A DNA stretch of 64,000 nucleotides from Amphiscolops sp. MND2022 (taxonomy: Eukaryota): positions 18,850,001 through 18,914,000 of the forward strand of contig OZ076409.1 of the NCBI GenBank assembly GCA_964187785.1, written 5' to 3'. The translations under genes were made by a program, and so were the position numbers. Under the pieces are notes generated by a model. The model ran no database searches. It saw only the letters and a list, made by a program, of their open reading frames with translations, and was not told the DNA's origin. This document shows, one piece after another, positions 11,201 through 26,200 of this stretch. Position 1 is the first letter of the stretch; every line of letters begins with the position of its first letter.

Positions 11201-14200
11201 ATACTGGGTTCGGTCCGAACGGCAGAAGGGCTAGAAAGAGTGGATTTTCTACGGTGTTGGCAAAATTTGGGTTTTCTGGGGACAAAATGGGTAATGTATG
11301 CAAAATAACAAACCTACACCCTTAAACAATAAAGTCTTGTACAACAAAACCACATAGGTTCCTGTTGTTACTACAAGTCCTGTGTCATACTCATACAATG
11401 TGCGAAATACCTCAAAAACTCGGCTTGAACTTCCACAAAAATGTTTGACCACCAAGGGAATCGAACTCACCGATAATCCAGTGGGCAACGTACTCGTCAA
11501 TGAGACCTTCGCCGTTGTCGGAGAAAAACTGCACAGGGTCTGTCACAGCAGAAGTGTCTGGGTATGTATGCTGTCCTGAAAAAAAAACAAGATACAGTTA
11601 AACAGAATTCAAGATTCATCGATCATGAATATCTCCAGGCAGCAACATGATGAGGAAGTTCCCAATAATATTTTGAACGAGTTCAAAAAATACAGCTTAG
11701 ATTTTGGTGAACTGTTCGATTTAATTTCTCAAAATTAGTTAGGAATGATTACAATAGAGGCAGTTATTGGACATGGAAATCTGACATTCCTATCTTGATA
11801 CAGGTAACTCCAAATATTTTTCCACAGCCAAAATCACAACTGAGTACTTTCGAAAACAAAAGTATATTGTCAATCAGAATGAGCAATTTGACTTTACTAT
11901 CGTACTATAGTATGGATCCCATATATATTTGTCGTCAGGAATTACGTCAAATTTTTAAATTTTATACCTTCTGCTAAACAGATACTAATTACTCAATTAT
12001 TGAATTGAGATCTTGAGAACAAGCTTCACTTTGACACCTCTATTAACACCATGGAGCAACTTTGAAGGCAAAACGTTAATTGCATTCTATTAACTCACCA
12101 AATAGTTAGCAAACAAATTTCCGCCCTGCATTATTTTAGCAACATACATTCGAAACATTGTTCAAAATTTGCACAACAAGTTCAAATATGCGTACCAAAA
12201 ATGAGTAGAAACAATATGATAATTGATGATATTATATGAAAAATTAGAAGTAAGTTTCTGAAACTTTTTTCGCAAAACCAATACTAACAAGACGCCCGCG
12301 GACCAGCGGGATATTTTCCGCCCCAAATTTCTTCGAAAAAGACTACTGGACAACAAATTTGTTCCTTGTTGATTCTTTTCAACATTCCAATCTACGAAGT
12401 CTGTCGAAAATTTGACAAAAATTACATAAAAAACTTTGAAACTTGGAAAATTTTGGGTTTTTTGTCATTTTCGGTTTCAATTTGATATATTTTTCATTTA
12501 GAAAACAGTCATTATCTCTTCGGAAAAGCATACTGGACAACGAATTCCTGCCATTCCTGTCACGTTGAGCGTTTTCAACATTCTAATCCACGAAGTCTAT
12601 CGAAAATTTGACAAAAATTGCATAGAAACGTTAAAAATCGAAAAATTTTGGAATTTTATCATTTTTGGGGTAATTTTTCTTTTTGAAAAAACGCATTTAT
12701 CTCCTTAAAGAATACTATTGGACAACGAGTTCGTGCCTTGTTGAACGTTTTCAACATTCTAATCCACGATGTTTATCGAAAAAATGACAAAAATTGCATT
12801 AAAACCTTAAAAGTCCAAAAATTTTGGAATTTTTGTCATTTTTTTGGTAATTTTTCTTTTAAAAAAACCGCATTTATCTCTTCAGAATACTATTGGACAA
12901 CGAATTCGTGCCTTGTTGAACGTTTTCAACATTCTAATCGACGATGTTTATCGAAAAAATGGCAAAAAAATGCATGAAAACGGTGAAAATTGGGAAAGTT
13001 TTGAATTTTTGTCATTTTCGGGGTCATTTTTGGGTCATTATGGGGTCATTTCTGTCATTCCCAAAACAGTCCAAAAATCTTTACAAATACATATCGCATG
13101 GAACTAAATTTATGTCAGTTGAATTCTGTGAATGTACTTCTTCATATTACGTAAACAATAATTCTTGGCAAATTTTGTAAAAAAAACCCGTTTGATTTAA
13201 ATATTTTCCTTTCCCATATGAAATATGGGCGGAAAATAATAAAAAGCAATGACAGCATTTATTGCAAATTTATTATGAATTGATATGATAAGTAGACCCA
13301 AGAACAATTGACAATAGACAAAATTTCTTACATCCCAATTTCTGACAACGAAATTTCTGGTAAAAATTATATCTATATTGCACAATTTTGACAATTCTTC
13401 GTATGATTTTTTGGAAGAGCACACATTTTGATGTTTTTTAGTTGTTTTTGAATCCTTTCTCTTGTTGATTCAGATTTTTTCTGCAGTTTTAAATCCCAAG
13501 TTAGACTATGCAAAATTTCAAGGTATATTTCGAGGGACCAGTTGTAGTTTTCCAAGTCAAAATTTCCGGTTTTCTGTCGGAGACACCCTTCAAGCTATCA
13601 GTTACCACCGAAGGGATCAATACAATTCCTCCGGTGGTCCCCCTGCAGTCGCCACAAAAGCTGCAGATTCAATCCCAGTGGCCCAGCAGTTGAACTTCTG
13701 TGGAGTATCGGTGACCACTATGGGAGTGTCGTAAAGGGTATGCGGAAAACTCGTCGAAAACAACTCGCCGAATGCAACTCGTCGAAAACAACTCGTCGAA
13801 AATAAAGGGCGGAAAACTGGTCGAAAATTAACTCGTCGAATAATAATTAAGTGCAAACTCGTCGAATTCTTACAGGTTACCCACTGCGATGATTCAGTTC
13901 TAATTATGATTTAATTTTCGGTAATTGATGCGTAAAATCTTAAGTTTTACGCAGAATATAGCCCCTTTTTAGTTATATAATTGCTTGAAAGGATTCACTT
14001 TTATAGTTTACAGTGTAATACTTCATAATAATTTAGAACTCCATAACACGGTATGATCACAAAGCTAGCACTATATTTGCCTGAGATCATTTTCTATTCT
14101 TGCGACGAGATTTCCGCCGGAGAATTTTCGGCGAGTTGCTTTTCGGCGAGTTGCTTTTCGACGAGTTTTCCGCCTAGTATTGTCGACGAGTTGTTTTCGG

Positions 14201-17200
14201 CGAGTTGTTTTCGACGAGTTGTTTTCGACGAGTTTTCCTAGATTCGTCGTAAAGCGACAATTCGTCCCAAGCGACGATTCGTCCCAAGCGACAATTTGTC
14301 CCAAATTCCAAAAAGCGACAATTCGTCCCAAATTCCAAAAAGCGACAATTCGTCCCAAATTCCAAAAAGCGACAATTCCTCCCAATTATTAAAAGCTGCA
14401 ATTTTTCCCCAATTTAATTGCCAATAAAGACCTTTGTAATAATGAATCCGGAAAGATTACAAGTAGAGGCAGTTAATTTTAACATTCTACGACTAGTACG
14501 TTAAAATGCAACATTTTCTAATTGTCGTCCCGTGCTTAAATGAATTCATTGGTAGTTGATTTGATTATTTCTTTCATTTCAACCTTCAAAAGATTGGTAA
14601 TTAGCTGATCAATTAAACAATTCGGGACGAATTGTCGCTTTTTACAAATGGAACGAATTGTCGCCTTTTCAAAATGGGACGAATTGACGCTTGGGACGAA
14701 TTGACGCTTGGGACGAATTGTCGCTTTTTGGACTTTGGGACGAATTGTCACTTGGGACGAATTGTCGCTTGGGACGAATTGTCACCCAACCGTGGAGTTT
14801 GACTAATTGCCGACACGGTTCATAACAGATATTATGTTTAGTGCCTGTGTGAGTACCTGTTTTCTCCTTGTAATCCGTAGTGAGAGCATTGAAGTTTCCG
14901 TCATTGAATACTGCCACGTAGTTAGGACTGTACTTGTTCAAAGAAAACGTAAAGGGCTTCTGATCCTCGGAAGGTGCGATAAATTTCTAAACAGAAACGC
15001 ATTGTTTTTTCATCTCGCAAGCCAAGTTCTTTAGTGGATAACACTTTGTTGTCTAATTCCTCAGAAGTTTGAATTTGAAGGCAACGAAAAGTTTTTGGAA
15101 AGTCTAGAAAATCGAACGAAAACTGAAAGTAGTATTTTGCAGACTCATTTCAGTTCTTGCATGCACCAAATGAGCCTTCACCAAAAAATCATCAATGTTT
15201 TTCCAACTGATTACATGTCAAAATCTCAGGTTAAAATGTCGTGAATAGAATGAAGTCAAAACGCTGGTTGTATGACTCGATCTTCCTCCTTCTCTAGGTC
15301 GGTCTTCGTTGTTAAAACCAGCCTCCGCTGGAACAGCAATGGTACGTCTCTTCGCTCCTGCATTTAGAGATTTATAAGTATGTGAACGTAGCTAATCACA
15401 ATTCCTTAATTTAGGAGATTTTGACCTAGGAGATTTTTGACTAGGAGAGAGATGTTAAGATTCTAACCTAAAGGAATTTAACCTGGCACTTACAACTTAA
15501 CCTTCGAGAAACCTAAAAGTTTAATCAAGCATTTCTACCTCTAGTTTCTATATTATATAAGTGAAGCAATGTAAGATTAACTGTGAAATTTACTCCAAGT
15601 TTAAGACCAAAAGCCCAGTGAGGTGGTTTTTTCTCAATAATCCAATGTTTCTTCCGCCTTAATCTTGGCTAGAGCATTTTCCTCTGCAGTGTTGTCAGAT
15701 GAATAGGCATTGGCCTTCATTTATGTTGGCAATGCAGGTGCCACTAAAATACAAAACCAGTGAGCTGAAATTAAGAGTTCTACATCTTAAAGAAGAAAAA
15801 AGATATGCAACCCAACTTTGTTTTTCAAAAATTCAACGTTAGGAATATGATTCAACCTTAATTTGTAAACAAATATTGAAATTTGCTGCTTTCCAGGTTT
15901 TCGCATGAAACATTTTTGTACAGAAGAATTGTTACATTCGAACCTGATTGGTTTTCTGTAGAAATTTCCAAATTATTACAGACTTGCTAAAAGCTTCCAT
16001 AGTTAACCCAAACATGTGGCGTTCTACCATGAATCTTCATGGATGAATCATGGGCTCTCATCATAGCTATGCTCATGGATGACTATCCATGATTCGAATG
16101 TTATGCCATGAAAAAGTCATGATCATGGATGAAAAGACGAGAATGAGCCATGATGGTGAACATTTGGATGCTCATGGATAACGACGAGTAAAACAAAAGT
16201 AGCTACTTCAGATTCCCTCATGATGTTTTTGAAGAAATTGTGTTTGGTGTCAGACCCAGTGGAACAAAATTCACTGTTCCGAGGTACTGTATATTAGAAT
16301 TTGAAAAAAAAATCAAGGTAAAGTCGCTGAATTATCCAAGTTTTCGATTTGAAATTAGTGCGCACGCTTTCATGCAACATGAACAAAGTTACAGTGAGTT
16401 CCTTAAATTTGATGGAATTTCCTTTAATTAAATTTTGCTTCAAGGAGCAAACCAACCAGGAACGGCCCAAGTCGGCTCCCCACTCCAGGTTCGAAAAGAG
16501 AATTTTTATATGCAAAAACATCCGAAAGGATATCTACAAGACTCGAAAACTGCTTCTCCCCAACTAGATACATTCAAAGCACAAATTTTGAAAAAAACTC
16601 GATTTTTTACGAATAAGTCTCTGAAAGCCGGAAAAGGAGCTTTCAACTCGCAAAGCTACTCTTTTTCCAAGCCGAAGTCAGTTATGAAAGTTTGTGGGCA
16701 CTCTTTGACCAAACGAAAAAAAAATTCAGGAAAAAAGTTGCACAGAGCCGAAAAAAACTAAACAAGGGACCCTCTACTTTTGCAAGCATTGAAAAAAGTT
16801 CGGTTTAGTTCGTGACTCGAGCATGCGATCTCCTGCTTCCCAGAAATCAGGAAATCCGCGTTAACCTCAAGGCCAAGTGACAGTTAGATGTTACCAAGTT
16901 ACAGCTAAGGGGTAGCTTATATTGCTTATAGAACCTGTCAGTTCGCTGGTCTTTAAAAAAGCCAATCCTATAGTCGGTTCTTTTTTCAAAAAGCGCCGAT
17001 TAAAAAAGAAAAAATCAAACTTGCATCCCAAACTCTTGCAAGCTTCGTTATGCAGCGCAAAACCTCGTCCTTTGATGGCAGCAAAAATTTTCATTGAAAA
17101 TTGGATTGACCTGTTTTGAAACGTCGTCACAGATTTAGAAAACATTTTTTAGAGCTGTCAATAACGAAATCTCGATTGAAGTGCACATGTTTTCCGTTTG

Positions 17201-20200
17201 ATGCACAGTAAGTTCCCCTCCATAAATGAAAACATCTTTATTTATACCATTTGAGAGCACTCTCAATTTTAAATAGCATTCTGCTCCCAAAAATTTGCAG
17301 TAGTGAGCGTCAAAAACCAAACTAATAAGCTTGGTATGAATCAATGGAAAATTACTTTTATGTTATCCTTTGTCATCCCCCAAGATTAAAAAAAGGTATT
17401 TCCTTGTAGTTCCTTTCATCATAACTTTTAGAAGCTCTACAGCTTTTGTAGGTTATCTTTTTTTACTATTCCTGAAAATATATCATGAAAATATAGATAC
17501 ACTGAGGTGATTGTTCTATAAATGAAACATCAACTAAAAGCATTACTGAAAGGTTCATTGTTCACTCAACGCATGGTTAAGATAAATACCTGAGGGTACT
17601 GTAGTTGAATTTTTCAGCATTATATTTATTTTCAAAGAATATAAAAAATCTTAGTCCTCCAACAATTTTGAAAAAACTTGAAATAATCGAAATCGACAAT
17701 TTCTCTCGTTCAGCAAGGTATAGATACCCAACAATTTTTTCCCAAATTTGACAATAATTGAAGCGTTTCTTCATCATTATATATTTACAAAAAAGTGAGA
17801 AACATCTGACGAACAATGAGCAGAAAACAGTTTTGCAACCGGAAGTGTTAACTGGTATCCAAATGTCGACTCTCGGCACACCTGAGACTTGCTGTTGTAG
17901 GTAGCGAATTGAAAAACTCCAAGAACTTGAAAACTGACAGCGAAAAAGTTTCTAAAAAGATGACCAAAAAATTGTTTCACTGTAAGGTTGAGTAGATTCC
18001 AATCTTACCATTCGGTAATGCTCGGTAACGATACAATATTCTACATTATTATCCGTCTTCTGTTTCTAATATCCTATTTCAAAATCCTATATACGTTAAG
18101 TTTTACTATATGTACGTTAGATCAAAACCTTCAATTCATACAGTTGGAAAAATGAAAAGGTGAACGCTGGTTAAATTCCTAATTAGACGTAAAACTAGGT
18201 TAATCTGGCGGAAGAGTGTCCGAAAATTGGCGTTATATGTGAAATATTTTGAAAGAAAGTTTTACCTCGTGCTCAAAATACTTTCGCGACGAAAAAAACC
18301 ACAGAGTTGAAGACAAGTCGAAAACGAAACGAGATTTTTTCTGAAGATTAGATTTTGAAGTTCTGCACGAAGAACACCTGTCGAGACTACCTGAACAATA
18401 TTCCTCCTACACTTCAATAGATGTTCTTCTTAATATTTTCAAATTTCTCTCTCAAATCAAATTATTCCGACATTTGATGGCTCAACCATTGGGCGGGTTA
18501 TTTAATTTGGAGAAAAATTAATCAATCAAAAAATTTCAATGGCGTTTAATTTTAGATAAGAGCAAAATTAGAACTGGAATTGATGAAAAAATAGCTTACC
18601 GCAGACAACAGAGCGAGCAGGGTGAAAATGACGGGAACCACAAGCTGGGCAATTGAGAGGGCGAATGATCTCTTGGTGTTGATATACCTCTTCTCCACCA
18701 TAGCCCTGAACTGCTGAGCAAACAGACGCAAACCCGTATTCTTTTCCACCACCGTGAAGGCTGGAAAACAGTATCCAGATTATCCAACATAATTTGAAGA
18801 AAAACAAAAAGAAGTTGAATGCAGGAGACTTCCAAGTGCGAACCCTCGTATAATTGATGAAAACATACTTGCTTTTTTGTGAGAAACATCCACAGCGTCG
18901 AACCAATTGAGATAAAGTTATCAGTTATGTTCATGAACGCCTAGTGACCTTAATGCAAGAAGCAAGTGAAGCGGAGCAACGCGACATTACCTCACAGGCG
19001 CCAGGTTTGACGAAAGAAGAGGCCAGAAGCAACTGGGAAGGAGGAAGGAGGAGCAATACAAACAAAAAATTATAAACGCTGATGAATACAGCAGGGAAAA
19101 GTCGGCGCCTTGGTGAATGTTAAAAAAAGCAATTCGGTCGAAAATATCAAGGGGCAACTTTTGTGAAAACCTCTTGTCATTCCTACAGTGCCAAAATACC
19201 CATGGGGTAACCTTGAGACTCGAAAACCATTCTTTCCCAACAAAAAAATATAAAAATTAAGTATGTTGAAACAATATTTGAAGAATCTGTCACTTCAAAA
19301 AGATATAAACAAGTCGGGAACATCCCAAGTCGGCGCCATATCTAAGGCTCAAAGATAGCAAAAGGACTTTAAATTGTCAATGTATTGGTGAATTGGGGAC
19401 CCTTTTATGAAAAAAAATTGAAAAAAAGTCTCACAATGCCAAAAAAACTGAAAGGGGGACCCTTTGGGATTTTCCAACATCCATTCTGTCGGAAAATATC
19501 AAAAAATTAGAGGTGGACTCTTCGGTGAAATTTTTTTTGTCGAAAAAAAAGTCTCACAGAGCCGCAAAAACTGAAAGGAGGGCTGAACTATTTCTGAAAA
19601 AATACTTCTGAAAGGAAACTGAAAAAATACTACTTCGTAAGCTAAGTAAGAATTATAAGAAATTGTAAAATTGTAAGAATTGTGAGAAAAGTGGACCATT
19701 CAGAGTGAGATTGTCAACTGAAAAAAACTACTCACTGTAAAAGTCGGGCTTTTTTTCTTAAGGGAAAAGGCGCCGACTAAAAACAAGACGGGAACGTCTA
19801 AAATCGGCGCTATATCTAAGACTCAAAAAGCGGAAATTTTTAAAATTGTAAAAGGGGGACCCTTTGGGCTTGTTGAAAATCAAGTTTGTTGCGAAATATC
19901 AAAAGAATTGAAGGGGGACCCTATGAAGGAACAAGACGGGAACGTCTAAAGTCGGCGCCATATCCAAGGCTCAAAAAGCGCAAAGTTTTTAAAATTGTAG
20001 AAGGGGGGACTCTTTGGGCTTTTTGAAAATCCAGTTTGTTGCAAAATATTTTAAAATGAAGGAGCAACCCTTCGGAGACATTGAAAAATTTCGAATTTTT
20101 TTAAATTTTCCAAAAAAATGAGAATTTTTAACAGTCTCATAGTGCCGAAAAATGTAAAAGGGGGCCCTTTAGGCTTTTTCAACACCCATTCAGGTGCAAA

Positions 20201-23200
20201 ACACCAAAAAAAATAAAAGGGAGACCTTTTGAAGACTTTAAAAATTTCGAAAAAAAGTCTCACAAAGCCGAAAAAGGGGCGGGGAAAGTCTCATAGCGCC
20301 GAAAAATTGGAAGGGGGACCCTTCTGGGTTTTGCATTTCATATAGAGGCCTTTGGATGCGTTCAAAATCAAGTACTGAGTACTTTTGGTAAAAGTGAATT
20401 TTTCACAAAAAAGTGGTACATACGCGATGAGTGAAAAGTCTGACGAAAAAAAATAAACTAGCCACTGTAATAGTCGGGCTCTTTTCACTAGAAAAGCGCC
20501 GACTAAAAAGAACTTTCGAGAAAAAATAAGCACAATGCCGAAAAAACTGAAAGAGGCGACCCTTCAGTGTCCTCCGCTTTCGCAAATGCTCGAAAATGTT
20601 TCTGGCCAAAGCAGGGACTGGAACTCGTGACCGGGAGCCTTTCATGCTCGATAAGACTGGGAACAAAAAAATGAATTTTGAAAAAAACTTTGTATTTTTG
20701 CCTTAAAATGTCATATAGTGCCGAAAATGTAAAAGTGGGGACCCTTTGGGATTTATTAACATATATTCTGTTGCAAAATATCAAAAAACTCGAAAGGGGG
20801 ATTCTTTTGAGACATTAAAAAATTTTCGAAAAAAGTCGCACAATGCCGAAAAAAAAATCGAAAGGGGGGACCCTTTAGTCTCGTCCGGTTTTTTAGGTTA
20901 CGTCAAAATAGTAAAAAACGAAAGGGGGGCCCTTTTGCACTAATTTCCGCTGACCGGACTTGGCCTTATGGTAGTAGTTTTAGTAGTTTCGATTGTAAGA
21001 AATGTGGCCCAATCAGAGTGAGATTATAGTCTGACGAAAAAAAGAGAAAAAGCTAGCCACTGTAATAGTCGGGCACTTTTCACAAGAAAAGCGCCGACTA
21101 AAAGATAGCCACTGTAATAGTCGGGCTCTTTTCACTAGAAAAGCGCCGAATAACAAAGCGGGAACGTCTAAAGTCGGCGCTATATCCAAGGCTCAAAAAG
21201 CACAAAGTCTTTGAAATTGTAAAAGGGGGGACCCTTTCAACTTTTTGAAAAACCAGTTTGTTGGAAAATATCAAAAAAAATGAAGGAGACCCTTTGGAGA
21301 CATTTAAAAAAATTCGGAAATTTTTTTGAAAAAAATTTTCGAAAAAAAAACGAAAAATTAGAAGTTTGAAACAGTTCAAAAGGTAGAAAGGGGAGACCCT
21401 TAAGGGCTTATTGAAACTTCAGTTTGCTGCTAAATATCAAAAAACTTGAAGGGGACCCTTTGGCGACAAAAAAATTTCGAGAAAAAAGTCGCAGAGTGCC
21501 GAAAAAAATTCAAAGGGGTTGAAAGGGACCCTGTAGTCCCGTCCGGTTTTGTATCTTACGTTAAAAATTGAGTACACGAAAGGGGGGACCCTTTGCACTA
21601 ACTTAGATGCGTTTCCGCTTGCCGGTCCAGTAGTTTAGTAGTTCTGTAGAAAAAGTGTCCACTACGCATACATTCTGTTGTCTGACGAAAAAAAAGAGAA
21701 AAAAACTTGCCACTGTAATAGTCGGGCTCATTTTGTCAAAATTCGCGACTAAAAACTGCCCACTGTAATAGTCGGGCTTTTTTCCTTCAAGGGAAAAGGC
21801 GCCGACTAAAAGCAACTACTACTGTCTGAGTTTTCCATCGAAAGCGCTGTTTAAACAGTGACGCTATTTGATTGGCCAAAGGCTCTTACGTTTGACAGTG
21901 GAGAATGACGTAATTGCGACAGTCCCGTTTCCCTCGTACTGGACTCCGTTCTCGTGGTTGTTACTCTCTCCGTTCGTGGCCTTGTCATCGTGCCCGTTGT
22001 CTATTGTCATGCTATTGGCCCTGCAAACACAAAAGGTCCATCTTAGTTGAATCTGCTGGTATTTGAGTTGACGCAGAGGTACCCCAATTGGTGATAAACC
22101 ACAAAATCCAATTATCCAAAATAAAAAGCATCCTTGTCTAAAAAGCTACCTGATAGTTTCAAGTGATTGAAAAACTTAATGATGGGGAACATATTTTGTC
22201 AAAAAGTTTTGGAGCAATGTTGCGAGGTAATAAAGTTTAGAATTTGAGTTAAAATGGGATACGGTGAATTTCATTCAATAAAGCCCAGAAAGATGAAACT
22301 GCACTATTTACATAGAGCATCGTGAGATAATGCGTTAATGTCACAATCAGTCGATAGATTTATTCTCATTTCATTAGTGAAACTGCGGGTATAAATCAAC
22401 GTTTCTGACGAATGCCCTGAATTACATTCGGAAAAAATACTGTTCATAAAACGCAATATGCCTCGTATCTCGACAAACACGACAGATATGGAAGAAACTA
22501 GAAAAATTAGCCCTAAGAAGTCTTCAAGAAGAAACTTGGAAGTGGAATGTCAGTTATTTTTCGAAACACTTTTAAAGAATTCATCTTTTGTAGATCGAAT
22601 TGGTCCTATGTTTCTTTGTTTCTTAAAGGAAAGTTCTTCACATTTAAAACAGGCAATGCGAGCGCTGCCATACCCGAAGAATTAAGCACTCAACTCCATG
22701 GAGCAACGTTCAATGGAAAATTTCAAATAATTATTATCAAATGAAAAATTCTTTAAAAAATTATTATCAACTGAAACTCAATAAATAATTATATCAACCA
22801 AAATTATTCAAGTTATAGATAGATTGATCCATGGAAGTATGATGCATGAAAGCGAAGAAGAATGCTCTTTTCTTTGAGTAATTTGTGCCTTAAAAACTAT
22901 TGTGTGAGCAGATCATGGCGTGAAATGAAGTCGCTGCAACTTACGAGGTTCCACTAATGTTCGAAAACTCAGGACAGCTGTCGACTTTGACATCTTCGCG
23001 TTTTCTGAGAAAACAAAAAATTGATAGGATTCCTTAATTCTGTCTCATGTAATAAGAAAGATCCTATTGTATGTTTTATTCAACCTAATATTAGGGAGCT
23101 TTAGAAAGTCAAAATTGTGTCTGGAAAAAGTAGATATAGCCTTTCAAACTTTATCATATTTCTATCACAGCCATTTACGGCATGCTGTGATTTCTTGACA

Positions 23201-26200
23201 AAACTATTAAAAATTTCGCCGATATTTTGTTCTAACTGGTCGTATGTTTACGAACATCCGCAAAATGTACCCCCAAAGATGTCGACACCCATAAGAAGTC
23301 CTATGACACACGATAGCACATCGATTCCGCAAATAATTCAAAATTCCGAAGTCGTGAACAAAATTAAAACGGTACTGGCGGATTCTGGTTTGCTTCTACA
23401 TTATTTATTTATACAAAGTTTCCACGCTCATGAATGTCGATAGGAAGAATTTGGCGAAACTATAGAAGGACTTGGAAATGAAATTATACTTATAGTTGAT
23501 ACTTATTTTGATGTGTTCAAAGTGTATGAATAATGAAAGACTTTTCTTTTCATTGATAACACCTGCTGAAAAGATTTCACAGTTTCATGTTTTGAAAAAT
23601 AGAACATTTTCATTGAAAGGTTATTTATTCTGGAGACGATTATTTTCAACAATTGATCAATAGGATCAATGATGCCGCGTAGAATAGAGAATAAGCCACA
23701 AAACACAGGTGTATGGATTGCCGCTTTATATGTTGTCAGAATAAAGCTTGTGAAGGAGTTCTATATTTGCGCAATTACCTGGGAGCGGCAGGGGTGGTGT
23801 TAGCTGATGAATAGGAGGGCGGTTTGACGTCACTGTTGGCTGCTCCTCCGTCTGCTTCGTCTTCTTCGTTCAGGTGACCCACTCTGGGAAATATTCAAAC
23901 ATGGGATAAGTTGATACAAACATAGACGCCTAAAGCGCAAAGGAGTGCGAAAATCTTCGAAATGGATAAAACTTTTTTCACGTGATACAATGAAACCACG
24001 ACACTTTTTTGGCGAGAGTGGTTTTGACCCAGTTGCCCCTACGCTAGCTTTGCTTTGGTTTAAACTAAATGAAGTTGATAAAATGTGTGAGAAAAATAAC
24101 TTAGTCAGTGATGTACGAAAAACGCTTTAACATGTCGAAAAAATTATTGAAAGTTTGTGGAACGAGTGCTCTTAACATGGTACTCTCAGGATTTTCAAAT
24201 TACATATTCCAAAAATAATTGGCATGTCTAGTTCAAGAACAATTGGTTCACTTTTGTTATCCAGTGATAACGATCTGAAAGGTTTGCTTCAAAATGATAC
24301 CGATATACAGTGAGTGCATCACGAAATTGTAACTTCTTCAATTTTGCTATTTTATTGTGACAATTGCGTTAGGCAGCGTATTCGACATTTTTCCGACGGC
24401 AAACCAGGAACGGACTATTGTCAGTAGTTAAGTACCTTGAAACTTTCTAACAGAAGTCTTTTGGTAGAAAAATTAATTTTCTCAAGAATACGAAAAATTA
24501 TTAATGAGTTGTTGTATTCTATCGATTATATTCAAAAGGAGTTAGGGAATGTAATACTGTATTGTAACTGTATCCAAGTTTCTTGTGTTGTTAAGATATA
24601 CAGTAATCTTCAGTACTATGTTAGCAGGTACATTATGTAATATGGTCATTGACAGTATGGTATGAAATTATGTAATCTTACATGACATAGTGACCTTTAC
24701 CATGCTCTATTCTACATTCCCCCCTTTACGGGCCAGATTGTACAATCTGTTAATAATAACTCAAAGGTTAATAACAAAATAAAGTTATCACACATACACA
24801 TTGATACATGAAAATGTTTTAGTTTTCATCGTTTGAACATAAGGTTCCAGGTAATACTTCTGGATCATCGCTCTTCTTCTGCTATGTTTGTCACCGGGTG
24901 TGACTTCGCGTGTTCTGCTTCTCCGTCCGGTCCTTTCTTATTCGCTCTGTGACTGGGTGAACTTCTCGTTGATTTTGTCAACGGTGTTTCCTGTAAACGT
25001 TAATGCGTTAACGGGTTTCCAAATCTTATTATTGGATTATTTGCTCTTAGTCTTGAAGATCTTCTGAAGATCTTCTGAAATTCTTGAAGATTGGTTGGTT
25101 ATTATTACTACTTCTTTCGCTTGTATTTGTAATTTCATTTATTTCTGTTTTTATGTAATTTTCGTTACCGTTATTGTCGATGATTGTGGTGGTTGTTGGG
25201 TTCTCGTTGATTGTTTCGAGAGCTTGTTCTAGTTGTTGTTCATTCATGTTTTCGACATGAAGCTTCAAGTTCCCTGCTCCTGGTGACTGTGGTTCGCCTC
25301 TTCTGATCGGTGTTGGTGGCGTGAATTCGAACTCTTCTTCCATCTGTTCTGTCGATGTTTCTGCTACCGGTGTGCTTTCTTTTTCCCCCTCTGATTGGGT
25401 TTCTTCTTCGTCCGTATCTTCCGTCTCCAGTGATGGTAAGGACATCTGTATGAATCGCCCATCTATTCCTCTCCTGTTCTCCCCGCGGCGAGAGAGTGGA
25501 TTCTGAAATGAATTTGGTAGGGGTTTGCTTGCCAATTTTCGGTGTATTACTTTATTTGTATCGGTTGTTATGGTATGTTTTGTTCCAGCTACCGCTGTTT
25601 GTGGTTTTGTTTGATATTCGCTCTCGAATTTGTTTTTTGTTTGTCTTTTTTCCAAAAATTTGTATGGAAAGTTATTACTCACGTCGCATTTGAGTTTTCT
25701 GGGCGTCTTCATGATTAGTTGGTCGTAGCCTCCCTTTCCGTTGTTAAAGGAGTACACTTGGAGAGTCTCCGGTTGGGCTGAAATATATTCATTATTACCC
25801 GTTGGTAAGTTTAGATAGTTTGTAAGTTCCGTTCTTGGCTTTCTGCCATAGTGTCTTTCAAATGGTGATTCTTTTGTTGTTGAGTGGACGGTCATTCTCA
25901 TTACCATTAGTGCTTGGTATAGTGCCTCGTTCAAATTGCACTTATCTTGTAAATTTGTTCGCATCAAGTCCTTTAAGGTTTTTATTCCTCTTTCGACTAA
26001 TCCCGTCGCTGTATGGATATATGGCGTGCCATATATTGGTTTTATATTTAAATTTTTGCATGTTTGTCTAAATTCCCTTCCGGTAAAGGCAGTTCCTTTA
26101 TCCGTTCTTATTGTCTGCGGTATCCCGTTTAGTACAATGTATTGTTCCAAGAAATTTTTTGCTGTTTTGCTATTAGGAGCTTCGCATATGCATGCGGCCG

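Noticed and set aside
13617..13740. Possible ABCA exon ([10 protein letters not shown]...)
   Set aside because: No compatible splice sites; exon 14857-14986 already bridges the frame.
16020..16185. CATG-rich low-complexity stretch; similar AAGATCTT-rich patches near 10190-10335 and CGCTAA-rich patches at 35070-35415 and 36475-36770
   Set aside because: Probably decayed MITE arms, but boundaries and TSDs could not be defined.
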